A DNA stretch of 20,458 nt from a virus (lineage: Duplodnaviria; Heunggongvirae; Uroviricota; Caudoviricetes), in the IMG/VR virus record IMGVR_UViG_2925914267_000005, positions 1 through 20,458 of that record. One strand, given 5' to 3'. Within the stretch, counting starts at the first letter, position 1, and every line of letters begins with the position of its first letter. Made by a program: the position numbers and the translations under genes. This document shows, in pieces, positions 1 through 9,033 of the stretch. A model generated the notes under the pieces. It did not search any database. It saw only the letters and a list, made by a program, of their open reading frames with translations, and had not been told where the DNA came from.

Positions 1-8
1 TCACTCTG

Positions 9-31
9 CCAGATGGCGCAATGCCATCTGG
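9..31. other. Perfect 9-bp inverted repeat (ccagatggc / gccatctgg, 5-nt loop) in host flank outside the prophage
   Basis: Read directly from sequence; no adjacent T-tract on either strand, so terminator function is uncertain. Confidence 0.3.
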
Positions 32-90
32 TATCACTTAAAGGTATTAAAAACAACTTTTTGTCTTTTTACCTTCCCGTTTCGCTCAAG

Positions 91-260
91 TTAGTATAAA
101 AAAGCTGAATGAGAAACGTAAAATGATATAAATATCAATATATTAAATTAGATTTTGCATAAAAAACAGACTACATAATACTGTAAAACACAACATATGC
201 AGTCACTATGAATCAACTACTTAGATAGCATTAGTGACCTACAACAGAGCATTAGCGCAA
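91..260 (-). other. attR: Prophage attR (P-O-B' junction): 15-bp lambda att core at 91-105 plus lambda attP P arm (about 106-260)
   Basis: Reverse complement of 91-105 is GCTTTTTTATACTAA, followed outward by CTTGAGCGAAACGGG (attB B' side as recalled); reverse complement of 106-260 reads like the lambda P arm (…AGGTCACTAAT…GTTGATTCATAGTGACTGCATATGTTGTGTTTTACAGTATTATG…). Confidence 0.85.
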
Positions 261-418
261 GGTGATTTTTGTCTTCTTGCGCTAATTTTTTGCTAATCCC
301 ACCATTTCTCAAAGATCACAAAGGGGTATGGTTGGTCTGGATGGCTCACCTGATGCAGAAGTATGATTTTGTAGTGACATCATTACCTTAATAGCGAACA
401 TTTCCTTGCCGCCTCGCA

Positions 419-446
419 TTGACGCGAGGTCGCACGGAAGTATAAT
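419..446 (+). promoter_or_regulatory. Putative sigma70 promoter for the acyltransferase gene: -35 TTGACG (419-424), 16-bp spacer, -10 TATAAT (441-446); 6-bp inverted repeat cctcgc/gcgagg (412-417 and 424-429) flanks the -35
   Basis: Hexamers read directly; positioned about 30 bp upstream of the ATG at 479. Confidence 0.5.
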
Positions 447-478
447 TCGTAGTCTTTCTACGTAGTTTAGGGAACAAT

Positions 479-1561
479 ATGTCGTCTAATAATCGACTCC
501 ATTATCTTGATGGTATTCGTGGCTGGGCCGCAACTATTGTTGTCTTCGGGCACACCATGGGGGGCGTGATTGCAATTGACGCACCTAATTTTGTAAATCA
601 TCAATGGATGAGCTTTTTTACAAATGCTCATCTTGCTGTTTTGGTATTTTTTGTTTTATCAGGCTACGTCCTGAGCGTTAGCCAAATCTACTCATCAAAA
701 CGTAATACTGCGGTATCCACCGTTGCAAGATTATTCAGATTGGCTCTTCCGATTCTGTTCGTAAGCCTTGTCGCATATATCATGATGAGGTTAAACCTAT
801 TTTTCAATGTTCAAGCCGCTACTAATGACATATCGAAATCGTGGTTAGGGACATTTTTCAGGTTTGAGCCGTCACTACCTGGTGTATTTTCCTTTTCATT
901 TTTCGATGTATTTTTCGCTTATGATACTCCGACATCATACAACTCTTCATTATGGACCATGCCTATAGAAATGGCTGGGTCAATTCTAATTTATTCATAC
1001 ATAGCTATATTCAGAACTGAAAAATTCAACTGGATAATTTCTTCCATTTTAATAGTTTATTTCTATTTTTATAGCCCATTCATGTTCTGCTTTATGGTTG
1101 GGTATGTTCTGGCTGAACTGAAAAAAATTAACAACCTATACCTGAGTGGTAGAAATGAAATACCGTTGATATTTATTTTCTTTGCCATGATCTATCTGGA
1201 TACATACCATAGGCCGGTTGATGAGATTATTCAGGCGCTTGAGGCGGTAGTATTTGTTGTTGTAATATCTTACAGCAAAACTTTATCATCGCTGTTCTCA
1301 TCAAGAGCATCAAGATTTATGGGCAGGATTTCGTTTTCTCTATATCTAGTTCAGATACTGGTTATTTGCTCATGGTCTTCGTACATGAAGATTTTACTAT
1401 CAAACTCTGGTATTAATATAAATATTGCAGCCTCAATAAACCTCATATCATCCATGGCTTTGTGCATATTAACAGCAAGAGCCATGACTCCTATTGATGA
1501 ATTTAGTGTTAAACACTCCAAAACCATTGCTTTTAAATTATTAAATTTATGCTCTAGGTAA
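479..1561 (+). CDS. Integral-membrane acyltransferase family 3 protein, probable O-antigen/LPS O-acetyltransferase (prophage moron)
   Basis: 360-aa ORF; N-terminal motif LDGIRGWAATIVVFGHT typical of acyltransferase-3 family; multiple hydrophobic segments; markedly AT-rich relative to neighbours. Confidence 0.75.
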   Translation: MSSNNRLHYLDGIRGWAATIVVFGHTMGGVIAIDAPNFVNHQWMSFFTNAHLAVLVFFVLSGYVLSVSQIYSSKRNTAVSTVARLFRLALPILFVSLVAYIMMRLNLFFNVQAATNDISKSWLGTFFRFEPSLPGVFSFSFFDVFFAYDTPTSYNSSLWTMPIEMAGSILIYSYIAIFRTEKFNWIISSILIVYFYFYSPFMFCFMVGYVLAELKKINNLYLSGRNEIPLIFIFFAMIYLDTYHRPVDEIIQALEAVVFVVVISYSKTLSSLFSSRASRFMGRISFSLYLVQILVICSWSSYMKILLSNSGININIAASINLISSMALCILTARAMTPIDEFSVKHSKTIAFKLLNLCSR

Positions 1562-2174
1562 CCAAGTCGTCAAGATGCACTTTAAGCCCCATAAGGGGCT
1601 TTCCATTCGCTCAGGTCTATCGAATCCACCATCCTGGCATACTAAAATGTTAATCGATATGCCATCAATCACTTCTTTCTCTTCATCCATTTCTGCCACG
1701 TAAATTGCGGCAATCGTATGGACGCTTTTCCTCAATTGGTTCATTATTTTTCCGATATGTCACACCCCATATTTAGATTTCAACGTTATTAGATCACTCG
1801 CAAACTGTTCCTTCAGCATTGGATATTTAGCTTGCTAATGCTGCATGATTGCTTCCATCAGTTAAAGATGCAGAACTAAAAGCTAACGTAAGAAATGAAA
1901 CATTCTCTTGATATGCTTTACTTAAGCTTTTCAGCTCTTTTTTGTATAGATAAGCATTTATTGTTGATTCTGAAATAATTTTATACTCCAGCTACTGACA
2001 GAATTTACTATTTGATGAATTGTGTTTATCTCCTAATGAGTGCTTAACATTTTAATTCATTACAATTTCCTTATATTCAAGGTATTTTTCAAGATCTTGC
2101 TCACAACGGAATATTGATACTAATTGACTTTCATCATTAGTTGAAAGTTGGATGTATAGATTCATCAATAGTCC

Positions 2175-3329
2175 TTAAATAGTATACCCACTTACACCAA
2201 CAGTTAAGCTAGATACTGATGATGTTGTCCAAGTGAATGTATAATAAATTGTTTGAGGGTTCTGGATTAGAAGCTCATAGTAAAAATCGACGCCAGTAGA
2301 TCTACTTAAACCAGCATATGCCTGGAAATACCCTACATCCTGGGTATCAGAAGCAATTGAAGCAGCTGCATAACCATCACCTTCCCCTGTGTTACAAAAC
2401 ACATAACCAGTACAGGTTGCTGCGTTTTTCGGGATCGCGTTTGTAAGAGAAATTGGAGTATACCCACCTGGGTTGCTACTGGTTGACAGTACATCAACTC
2501 GCTGGGTAGCGAACTTTCTCCCTCTTTGGTACCCAATTTTTAACAGCGCCCCAGATGTTGTTCCCCACACCGATACCAAAGCGCTCGCCGTATATCCTGC
2601 TGGCATGTTTGCACCACCATATACCGTGGGAGCAATAATAGAAGTGACGTCCTGAGCAAGTAATGCCGAGGTATCTGTCGTCGGGTTATAAATCAGGTAA
2701 ATTGCAACCCAACCACTGGCTGGCGCACTACCAGTATCCATGCCACCCGCCCCAGTCGTGGTGAGATTGATGGTTTTGTTGACCGAGCTTAAACGGTACT
2801 GCTTACCAGATAATGACTCACCAACAATGACTTGATCAGCAGTGAACGTTGCTGATGCCGACGCTATTGCCACGCTCATTTTCTGGTTAACAGCCTGACC
2901 AACCACGCCGGTGAATGATTCTCGCATCTTGAGGTAATCACTTAGCGGCGACCACCCAGCTGAAGAAGTATTAGGGTCGTTTGTGTTGTTGTTGATAGTG
3001 CTGATATAAATCGTTGCGCCGTCATCACTGATGAGAACAGCTCCAAGAGGATACCCTCCAACCGCCGTTGAAAAATCTGAGTCAAAAGCATTAAGAGCGC
3101 CTGCGCTAGACCATCTGCAAAGGGAAGACAACTCATACAAGATTTGATTCATGTCCTGCCCTTTGGGAGGAAGGCCCCCGGCAGATTTCAAAATCATTGT
3201 TATTGGTGGGAATCCTAAATCGTAGGATGCTGTATTATCTCCAGCTGGAGTTGTCGGCAGAAGATCCTCTCTTTGACCATTTACTCCAAAAGGTTTTGGT
3301 TGTTTTTTGGGTGAGTCAGAGCGATTCAT
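2175..3329 (-). CDS. Phage tail fiber protein
   Basis: 384-aa ORF; N-terminal GFPPITMILKSAGGLPPKGQDMNQILYEL resembles tail-collar fibre domain; Ser/Thr/Gly-rich C-terminal region; last gene of the baseplate operon. Confidence 0.7.
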   Translation of the reverse strand: MNRSDSPKKQPKPFGVNGQREDLLPTTPAGDNTASYDLGFPPITMILKSAGGLPPKGQDMNQILYELSSLCRWSSAGALNAFDSDFSTAVGGYPLGAVLISDDGATIYISTINNNTNDPNTSSAGWSPLSDYLKMRESFTGVVGQAVNQKMSVAIASASATFTADQVIVGESLSGKQYRLSSVNKTINLTTTGAGGMDTGSAPASGWVAIYLIYNPTTDTSALLAQDVTSIIAPTVYGGANMPAGYTASALVSVWGTTSGALLKIGYQRGRKFATQRVDVLSTSSNPGGYTPISLTNAIPKNAATCTGYVFCNTGEGDGYAAASIASDTQDVGYFQAYAGLSRSTGVDFYYELLIQNPQTIYYTFTWTTSSVSSLTVGVSGYTI

Positions 3330-3331
3330 AC

Positions 3332-3970
3332 TTAATTCCTATAAAATGTGCCATCATTAAACGGGTAGGCGTCAGATGAAAAACCGAAATAAGGACTAAT
3401 AATTTTTCGAATATTTACCTGAACACCACTAGGAACTGGCATTACTTCATAATTTGTGAGAATAGATTCCTCGTATGGTGCAAGTTCAAACTCGAATGTT
3501 ATTCCAATGGTCATATCTCGATAATTCACACAGTATGCCCTTCCTCTTTGAAAAAATAATATCTTTAAAAACTTGTTGATTTCTGGAATCGTAGCAATAC
3601 TTATGTTCGTAAACGCTTTGCAAAATATGAGTGTTCTGTAAGCCTCGTCACTCAATCTAACATTTGTTGTCTCCTGTGCTCCTCCAAAAAAAGGAGAGTT
3701 GTTGAACGGAGCGGGGTAATTTGGTTCTGCATTATCAGCTTCACTGAATCCGAAGGAATTGGTCTCTATAGGTGAGTTAATATAGCGACTTATCCCTACT
3801 ATTTTCCCCCACATATCCAGGCCGAATGTATCACAGGTAGTCAAATCCCATACTTTTTTAATAAACTCATCAGTGAAATCATCAAGGCTAATTGCCTGAT
3901 TAAAGGTATCAATGATGGATAGTAATTTTTTGCTTGCAGAGTACTGGGTAAGAATTGTGTCCTCCCACAT
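3332..3970 (-). CDS. Phage tail/baseplate protein (P2 gpI / Mu gp48 position)
   Basis: 212-aa ORF between the baseplate J-like gene and the tail fiber gene, matching P2 V-W-J-I-H order; family assignment by position only. Confidence 0.45.
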   Translation of the reverse strand: MWEDTILTQYSASKKLLSIIDTFNQAISLDDFTDEFIKKVWDLTTCDTFGLDMWGKIVGISRYINSPIETNSFGFSEADNAEPNYPAPFNNSPFFGGAQETTNVRLSDEAYRTLIFCKAFTNISIATIPEINKFLKILFFQRGRAYCVNYRDMTIGITFEFELAPYEESILTNYEVMPVPSGVQVNIRKIISPYFGFSSDAYPFNDGTFYRN

Positions 3971-3980
3971 ACATTTCCCC

Positions 3981-5210
3981 CTACGATAATGTAACAGTGA
4001 TATCTGATTCCTGAATGGTTGGAACCTGGTCTATGCCCATAGTCACAGCCGGTCCGTATAGTGAACCATCGAGAGAAACTTCAAGAGACAAAATTCCAAC
4101 TGTATCAGGAGATATTGAAATAACAGGGGCATAGTATTTACCAGCATTTATCGTCGAACCAATTCGTGCCTTTCCAATACCCTCATATCCTCCATTGAAC
4201 ACAGTGACAATCATTTCCTTTACTTGTTTAGTAATATCACTTGGGGGATTTAGTGAAGCATCGACATTTACCTTAAAGTAAACCCGCGTAGGTGATGCCT
4301 TTTGCCATTGCATTACATAAGATGGATATGGCGGCATGTAATTAACGTTATCGTAAACAGTGAACGTTGTATTACCATTCATATTGGCCCCGGGGTTATA
4401 AGTATTGAATATTGACTCAGCAACATCCGTATCAGCCCCGCCATAAACACAAATATAAACAGAATGCGCAAGAATCGGGAAATTCGTTGTTCCTTTATTT
4501 ACTGTTTCTGCAGTTCTGTTTGACCATACGTAAGCATCAAGCACACCATCAGTCGCAAGTAACGCGGCTAATGTAGATGCGTCCTGATTTCGACTGTTTC
4601 TGGCAACTGATTGTCTCCGGCGAGTTTCAAAGGCGATCCGTGATTCAACATCAACACCAACGACTCCAGGGCTAGTATTATTTACAGCATCCCACCCGGA
4701 AACGGCTCGATAAATCTGGTTCAGTGAACCTGCGGCACACGGAATCGGCCCGGTTGTTGTGTTGACAAACTGCACATCAACAGAGCCTGATGAGGGTATT
4801 ACAGCATTATCAATTGACTGATATATATACCCGCTCGTATCCACAGCGGTACTCCCTGCTGGTATTGTTGTTCCAACCTGACCAATGCATGTTGCTGTAA
4901 CAACTGTCCCCTGAGCAGCGATCCGCTCCATAAAGTAAATCCGACCAATCCCGTCCTGGAATCTGCCGGTTGAAAAGTCAGGGTTAATTTGATTAAACAA
5001 ACAAAGAAGCTTGTCGTATTCCTGAGCGATAATTTCAGTGTCAGACTGGGCGATCTGCCCTTGCGGTGAACTCAGTGACTGACTTGCGCCACCGCCAAGG
5101 GCCGTTGACATGTCTGTAAGTCTTCCCGCCAATACATCTGCTATATCGGGGACTGAAAGACCGTTTTCAGTGATGGTTACATCAGGAACAGCCGTATTTA
5201 ATGTCGTCAT
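3981..5210 (-). CDS. Baseplate J-like protein (P2 gpJ / Mu gp47 family)
   Basis: 409-aa ORF; size, position and sequence character consistent with baseplate J family; start overlaps upstream gene by 4 nt. Confidence 0.65.
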   Translation of the reverse strand: MTTLNTAVPDVTITENGLSVPDIADVLAGRLTDMSTALGGGASQSLSSPQGQIAQSDTEIIAQEYDKLLCLFNQINPDFSTGRFQDGIGRIYFMERIAAQGTVVTATCIGQVGTTIPAGSTAVDTSGYIYQSIDNAVIPSSGSVDVQFVNTTTGPIPCAAGSLNQIYRAVSGWDAVNNTSPGVVGVDVESRIAFETRRRQSVARNSRNQDASTLAALLATDGVLDAYVWSNRTAETVNKGTTNFPILAHSVYICVYGGADTDVAESIFNTYNPGANMNGNTTFTVYDNVNYMPPYPSYVMQWQKASPTRVYFKVNVDASLNPPSDITKQVKEMIVTVFNGGYEGIGKARIGSTINAGKYYAPVISISPDTVGILSLEVSLDGSLYGPAVTMGIDQVPTIQESDITVTLS

Positions 5211-5566
5211 AAGGTGGCCTGTGCAATATTACCATTGATATCTGTAACGCGGATTGTCCCGCGAGTTGTGCGTGTATTCTTGTCAAAGAAAACTGACGCC
5301 AGAGCATCCTCAACAACGGGTAATTTGAGTGCTTCAGCCTGCATTTTCTGAGCAATAAAACCAGGAGATGGTCGCCTGCCAAGAACTTCTGCCTTCCATG
5401 GGATCCCAAGTGTATTGTCGTAATAACACTCTCCTGAAAACACCAGGCATGCACTGGCGACATCCTGAGCAACAGAATATGATTCTTCTGCGATCGCCAG
5501 ATTGCCATTTCCGTCAAGCGTCAAGTCCCACGTAGAAGTGTCCAGCTGCATAGTTCTGTATGTCAT
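5207..5566 (-). CDS. Small baseplate wedge protein (P2 gpW / Mu gp46-like)
   Basis: 119-aa ORF between the V-like and J-like genes; translational coupling at both ends. Confidence 0.5.
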   Translation of the reverse strand: MTYRTMQLDTSTWDLTLDGNGNLAIAEESYSVAQDVASACLVFSGECYYDNTLGIPWKAEVLGRRPSPGFIAQKMQAEALKLPVVEDALASVFFDKNTRTTRGTIRVTDINGNIAQATL

Positions 5567-6255
5567 GTCGGTTTATCCGTTGCATTGGAATTTATTGTTG
5601 ACCCACCACTTTGTATTCCTGAAACAGAATGTTTGTGATTGTTATAGTTGTCCCTTAAATTTTTAACAGTAGATGACTGTGAGTCTGCGTTATCCTGAAT
5701 ATCGCCACTAACTTTAAGTAAAGGCGTATTCATGTTGACTCCATCAGGAGCATCAATATTTAACGATGAGCATTTGATATTTAGTGGGTTAGGCGTGGTT
5801 ATATTTATTGCACCGTCAGCGAATTCAATGAATTGAGTAGGTGAAATGTTTAATACCCCACCAAGATAAATCGCATCCGATTTACTGTGTCGTCTTTTGC
5901 TTCCAGGTACTGATTCTTTACGATTTTTTCTTACCAGTGATGTGTCTTTGTCGCATACCGCAATCAGACCAATATCACCTGCCACAGGGTCCATAATTAC
6001 AGCGCTGTTTCCTCTCTGCAACCGCCATACGGGAAGATCATATAAAACCGAGTTGGAAATCATTTTTCCTGTACGGTCTGTTCTGGTTAGTAAAGGAAGA
6101 ACATCAACAACTAAATCTGGTGCTTCCCCTCTGACTTCCTGAACTTTCGCTAACTCAATGAAGAAATATCCAGACATCAGCATCTCAAAAATATATTCCT
6201 GAGATTGAGCCTCACTTACCTGAGCAGGCGTTGGAGTAAATAGTTGCTTATCCAT
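5563..6255 (-). CDS. Baseplate assembly/spike protein V-like
   Basis: Start chosen at the ATG (MDKQLFTP…) that overlaps the upstream stop as ATGGATAA; the longer ORF to 6348 would overlap the upstream gene by about 100 nt; motif PVWRLQRGNSAVIMDPVAGDIGLIAV fits gpV-like fold. Confidence 0.5.
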   Translation of the reverse strand: MDKQLFTPTPAQVSEAQSQEYIFEMLMSGYFFIELAKVQEVRGEAPDLVVDVLPLLTRTDRTGKMISNSVLYDLPVWRLQRGNSAVIMDPVAGDIGLIAVCDKDTSLVRKNRKESVPGSKRRHSKSDAIYLGGVLNISPTQFIEFADGAINITTPNPLNIKCSSLNIDAPDGVNMNTPLLKVSGDIQDNADSQSSTVKNLRDNYNNHKHSVSGIQSGGSTINSNATDKPT

Positions 6256-7129
6256 TATTCTGTTGCGCCTCTGCTCTTTGTTCCGCTGTTCTGGCGGCAA
6301 TACATATTGAGTGCCATGAACCATTTGGCATCCATGATGATAATTCATGCCGAACGGAGGTTAACTTATACCTTCCGCTTGCATGTGGTAGTTCTGTTTT
6401 GATATCCACATATCTTCCAATGCAAAGGAGAGATGAATATTGCGTCTGAAACATCAGCCCCCCATTTGAAAATACAGGATATCCAACAAGTCCGTATTCT
6501 CTGGATATAAACGGAATTACATCATCTCTGTTTTTTTCTGAAGGCCAGAACTCTACTTTTGCAGGTGGCGTAGCTGACATTGCCAGTCCATAATCTGAAC
6601 AGACTCTATAAAGTTGCTCAAAAACACTTCCTTCAAAATGCGGACTTCCTGATGTTGTCATCCCTTTTACATTATTAAACACAGCTTCATAACCTGCACT
6701 TGCACAAATGGATGAGATGACATCTTCAACACTTTGCGCCCCCTGTGCTGTAAACGGGCTTGCTGGCATGTTCTGCAAATCAACATTAGAAGAAGCTGTT
6801 ATCATCAGGCTGCTTTCAGGAGCAGAATTCATGTTTGCTATTGATGAAAGCATCGTGCCAGAGAAAACAAGAGAATCATCGGCAAATACTTCAACATTTA
6901 GCTTCTGCCCTTCTCCAATAATACCATCAGCCTTCCCTGATATATCAGCAAGCCTTTCAATTCCTAACCCGTAAAGAGATATATCAGCCTGAGCGCCTCC
7001 CCGACCGGTAACAAAGTTCAGGGATACTGTTGACTTAACATTTCTGATGGAGATTTTATTGTTCCCATTTTTATCAAATGCTGATGATTCATTCGTGAAG
7101 TCAAACCGAAGACTGTGATTTTTATACAA
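6248..7129 (-). CDS. Phage tail/baseplate protein (possible hub, Mu gp44 / P2 gpD position)
   Basis: ORF runs to 7237, but the ATG starts would overlap the upstream gene by at least 80 nt; an in-frame TTG at 7129 preceded by GAGGA (8-nt spacer) overlaps the upstream stop; start uncertain. Confidence 0.4.
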   Translation of the reverse strand: MYKNHSLRFDFTNESSAFDKNGNNKISIRNVKSTVSLNFVTGRGGAQADISLYGLGIERLADISGKADGIIGEGQKLNVEVFADDSLVFSGTMLSSIANMNSAPESSLMITASSNVDLQNMPASPFTAQGAQSVEDVISSICASAGYEAVFNNVKGMTTSGSPHFEGSVFEQLYRVCSDYGLAMSATPPAKVEFWPSEKNRDDVIPFISREYGLVGYPVFSNGGLMFQTQYSSLLCIGRYVDIKTELPHASGRYKLTSVRHELSSWMPNGSWHSICIAARTAEQRAEAQQNNG

Positions 7130-7424
7130 GCTCGTTTTCCTCGATGTAGTACAGCAAGTAACGGCTACCCAAGCCTTCCCATTGCGGATCCGATTCCCCA
7201 TCATTATCAATGAAAATAAGGTCTCCCTTAAATCCAAGGTAGGAATATCTTACCATCTTATTCCCATACAGACATGGAACGCCCTGCATAATTGGGACTT
7301 CATTAACAGTTAAATCCATGTACATAAAACTCTGTCGCTGAACAAGTTTTATATTACATTGCTGACCAGACAGACTTACCGAAATGGACTGAGATTTGCT
7401 GGGAAGAACAGATACTGTAATCAT
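7122..7424 (-). CDS. Hypothetical phage tail-module protein (100 aa)
   Basis: Intact ORF with an in-frame stop 9 nt upstream and an AAGG ribosome-binding site; first retained gene after the IS600-like element. Confidence 0.4.
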   Translation of the reverse strand: MITVSVLPSKSQSISVSLSGQQCNIKLVQRQSFMYMDLTVNEVPIMQGVPCLYGNKMVRYSYLGFKGDLIFIDNDGESDPQWEGLGSRYLLYYIEENELV

Positions 7425-7573
7425 GTACTCGCCTTAACTATATTTTTTGCAATATCTGCCGCTTTTTTTGTTGCGCTGTTTGTGACTTCGAGTATTGGTT
7501 TGGATACCGTGAGGTAGCCTGAGTTTAACGGACACTCCTTCCTGAAATAGAATGGCATCAGAAGGAGCTAATA

Positions 7574-7876
7574 ATGAGCAGAAAAACCCAACGTTACTCT
7601 AAAGAGTTCAAAGCCGAAGCTGTCAGAACGGTTCTTGAAAATCAACTTTCGATCAGTGAAGGCGCTTCCCGATTATCTCTTCCTGAAGGCACTTTAGGGC
7701 AATGGGTTACCGCCGCCAGAAAAGGGCTCGGTACTCCTGGTTCCCGCACGGTGGCTGAACTGGAATCTGAAATTCTGCAACTGCGTAAGGCGTTAAATGA
7801 AGCTCGCCTTGAGCGAGATATATTAAAAAAAGCAACAGCGTATTTTGCACAGGAGTCGCTGAAAAATACGCGTTAA
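7574..7876 (+). CDS. IS3-family transposase OrfA (helix-turn-helix)
   Basis: 100-aa ORF MSRKTQRYSKEFKAEAVR…; contains the frameshift window near its 3' end. Confidence 0.85.
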   Translation: MSRKTQRYSKEFKAEAVRTVLENQLSISEGASRLSLPEGTLGQWVTAARKGLGTPGSRTVAELESEILQLRKALNEARLERDILKKATAYFAQESLKNTR

Positions 7877-7911
7877 TCGAACAATGGCGACAACAATTTC
7901 CCATTGAAGCG

Positions 7912-8730
7912 ATGTGTCAGGTATTTGGTGTATCCAGGAGCGGTTATTACAACTGGGTACAGCATGAACCCTCAGACAGAAAACAAAGTGATGAGCGGCT
8001 AAAACTGGAGATTAAGGTGGCACATATCCGCACTCGCGAAACATATGGAACCCGGCGGCTCCAGACGGAGCTGGCAGAGAATGGCATCATCGTTGGTCGT
8101 GACCGACTGGCACGTCTTCGTAAGGAGCTAAGGCTACGCTGTAAGCAGAAACGCAAGTTCAGAGCGACTACGAACTCGAACCACAATCTGCCAGTTGCGC
8201 CAAATCTGCTGAACCAGACGTTCGCTCCTACAGCACCAAATCAGGTCTGGGTGGCGGACCTGACGTATGTTGCCACACAGGAGGGATGGTTGTACCTCGC
8301 TGGCATCAAAGATGTTTATACGTGCGAAATTGTCGGCTACGCCATGGGAGAGCGCATGACAAAAGAGCTGACAGGTAAAGCCCTGTTTATGGCGCTCAGG
8401 AGCCAGCGCCCACCTGCCGGGCTAATCCACCACTCTGATCGAGGTTCACAGTACTGCGCATACGATTACCGGGTCATACAGGAGCAGTTTGGTCTGAAAA
8501 CATCAATGTCGCGTAAAGGTAACTGTTACGACAACGCTCCGATGGAAAGCTTCTGGGGAACGCTGAAAAATGAGAGCCTGAGCCACTATCGTTTTAATAA
8601 CCGGGATGAAGCCATCTCAGTAATACGGGAATACATTGAGATTTTCTACAATCGTCAGCGTCGTCACTCTCGTCTGGGGAATATCTCCCCGGCAGCCTTC
8701 AGGGAAAAATATCATCAGATAGCTGCTTAA
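7912..8730 (+). CDS. IS3-family transposase OrfB (DDE catalytic domain), normally made as OrfAB fusion by -1 frameshift
   Basis: 272-aa ORF with integrase-core-like motifs (…HSDRGSQY…NAPMESFWGTLK…). Confidence 0.85.
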   Translation: MCQVFGVSRSGYYNWVQHEPSDRKQSDERLKLEIKVAHIRTRETYGTRRLQTELAENGIIVGRDRLARLRKELRLRCKQKRKFRATTNSNHNLPVAPNLLNQTFAPTAPNQVWVADLTYVATQEGWLYLAGIKDVYTCEIVGYAMGERMTKELTGKALFMALRSQRPPAGLIHHSDRGSQYCAYDYRVIQEQFGLKTSMSRKGNCYDNAPMESFWGTLKNESLSHYRFNNRDEAISVIREYIEIFYNRQRRHSRLGNISPAAFREKYHQIAA

Positions 8731-8994
8731 AAAAAGAACAAATGGTAGTGTCCGCTATTGCCAGTACACCTCAGGGAAATATGTCGATAAATGGGCAATA
8801 CGAACGACGGCAATGATTGCCAGAGAACTTGGTAAACAGAACAACAAGGCTGCCTGATGGTGGCCTTTATTTTTGGCATAAACAACAGAATAAACACTGC
8901 ACTGTGTATTCATTCCAACGAGTGAATACACGGAGCAATGTCGCTCGTAACTAAACAGGAGCCAACTTGTTCTGATTATTGGAAATCTTCTTTG

Positions 8995-9020
8995 CCCTCC
9001 AGTGTGAGGGCAATTTTTTT
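8995..9020 (+). terminator. Possible intrinsic terminator (ccctc-cagtgt-gaggg plus T8) just upstream of the coiled-coil gene
   Basis: 5-bp GC stem and T-run read directly; short stem, so weak. Confidence 0.3.
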
Positions 9021-9033
9021 TAACGGGGGAAAT

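Larger units (their letters stand above)
7510..8773 (+). mobile_element. IS3-family insertion sequence, IS600-like (about 1264 bp)
   Basis: Terminal 5'-TGAGGT…ACCTCA-3' with imperfect inverted repeats; two ORFs of 100 and 272 aa in -1 frame relation; A7G slippery run at 7825-7832; identification as IS600 from recalled OrfA sequence. Confidence 0.8.

Noticed and set aside
1547-1744. 65-aa minus-strand ORF overlapping the 3' end of the acyltransferase gene
   Set aside because: No RBS or recognisable features and it overlaps a well-supported gene; possibly real but unsupported.
5182-5517. 111-aa minus-strand ORF overlapping the gpW-like and gpJ-like genes
   Set aside because: Alternate-frame ORF inside a tightly coupled operon with a Cys/His/Trp-rich improbable translation.
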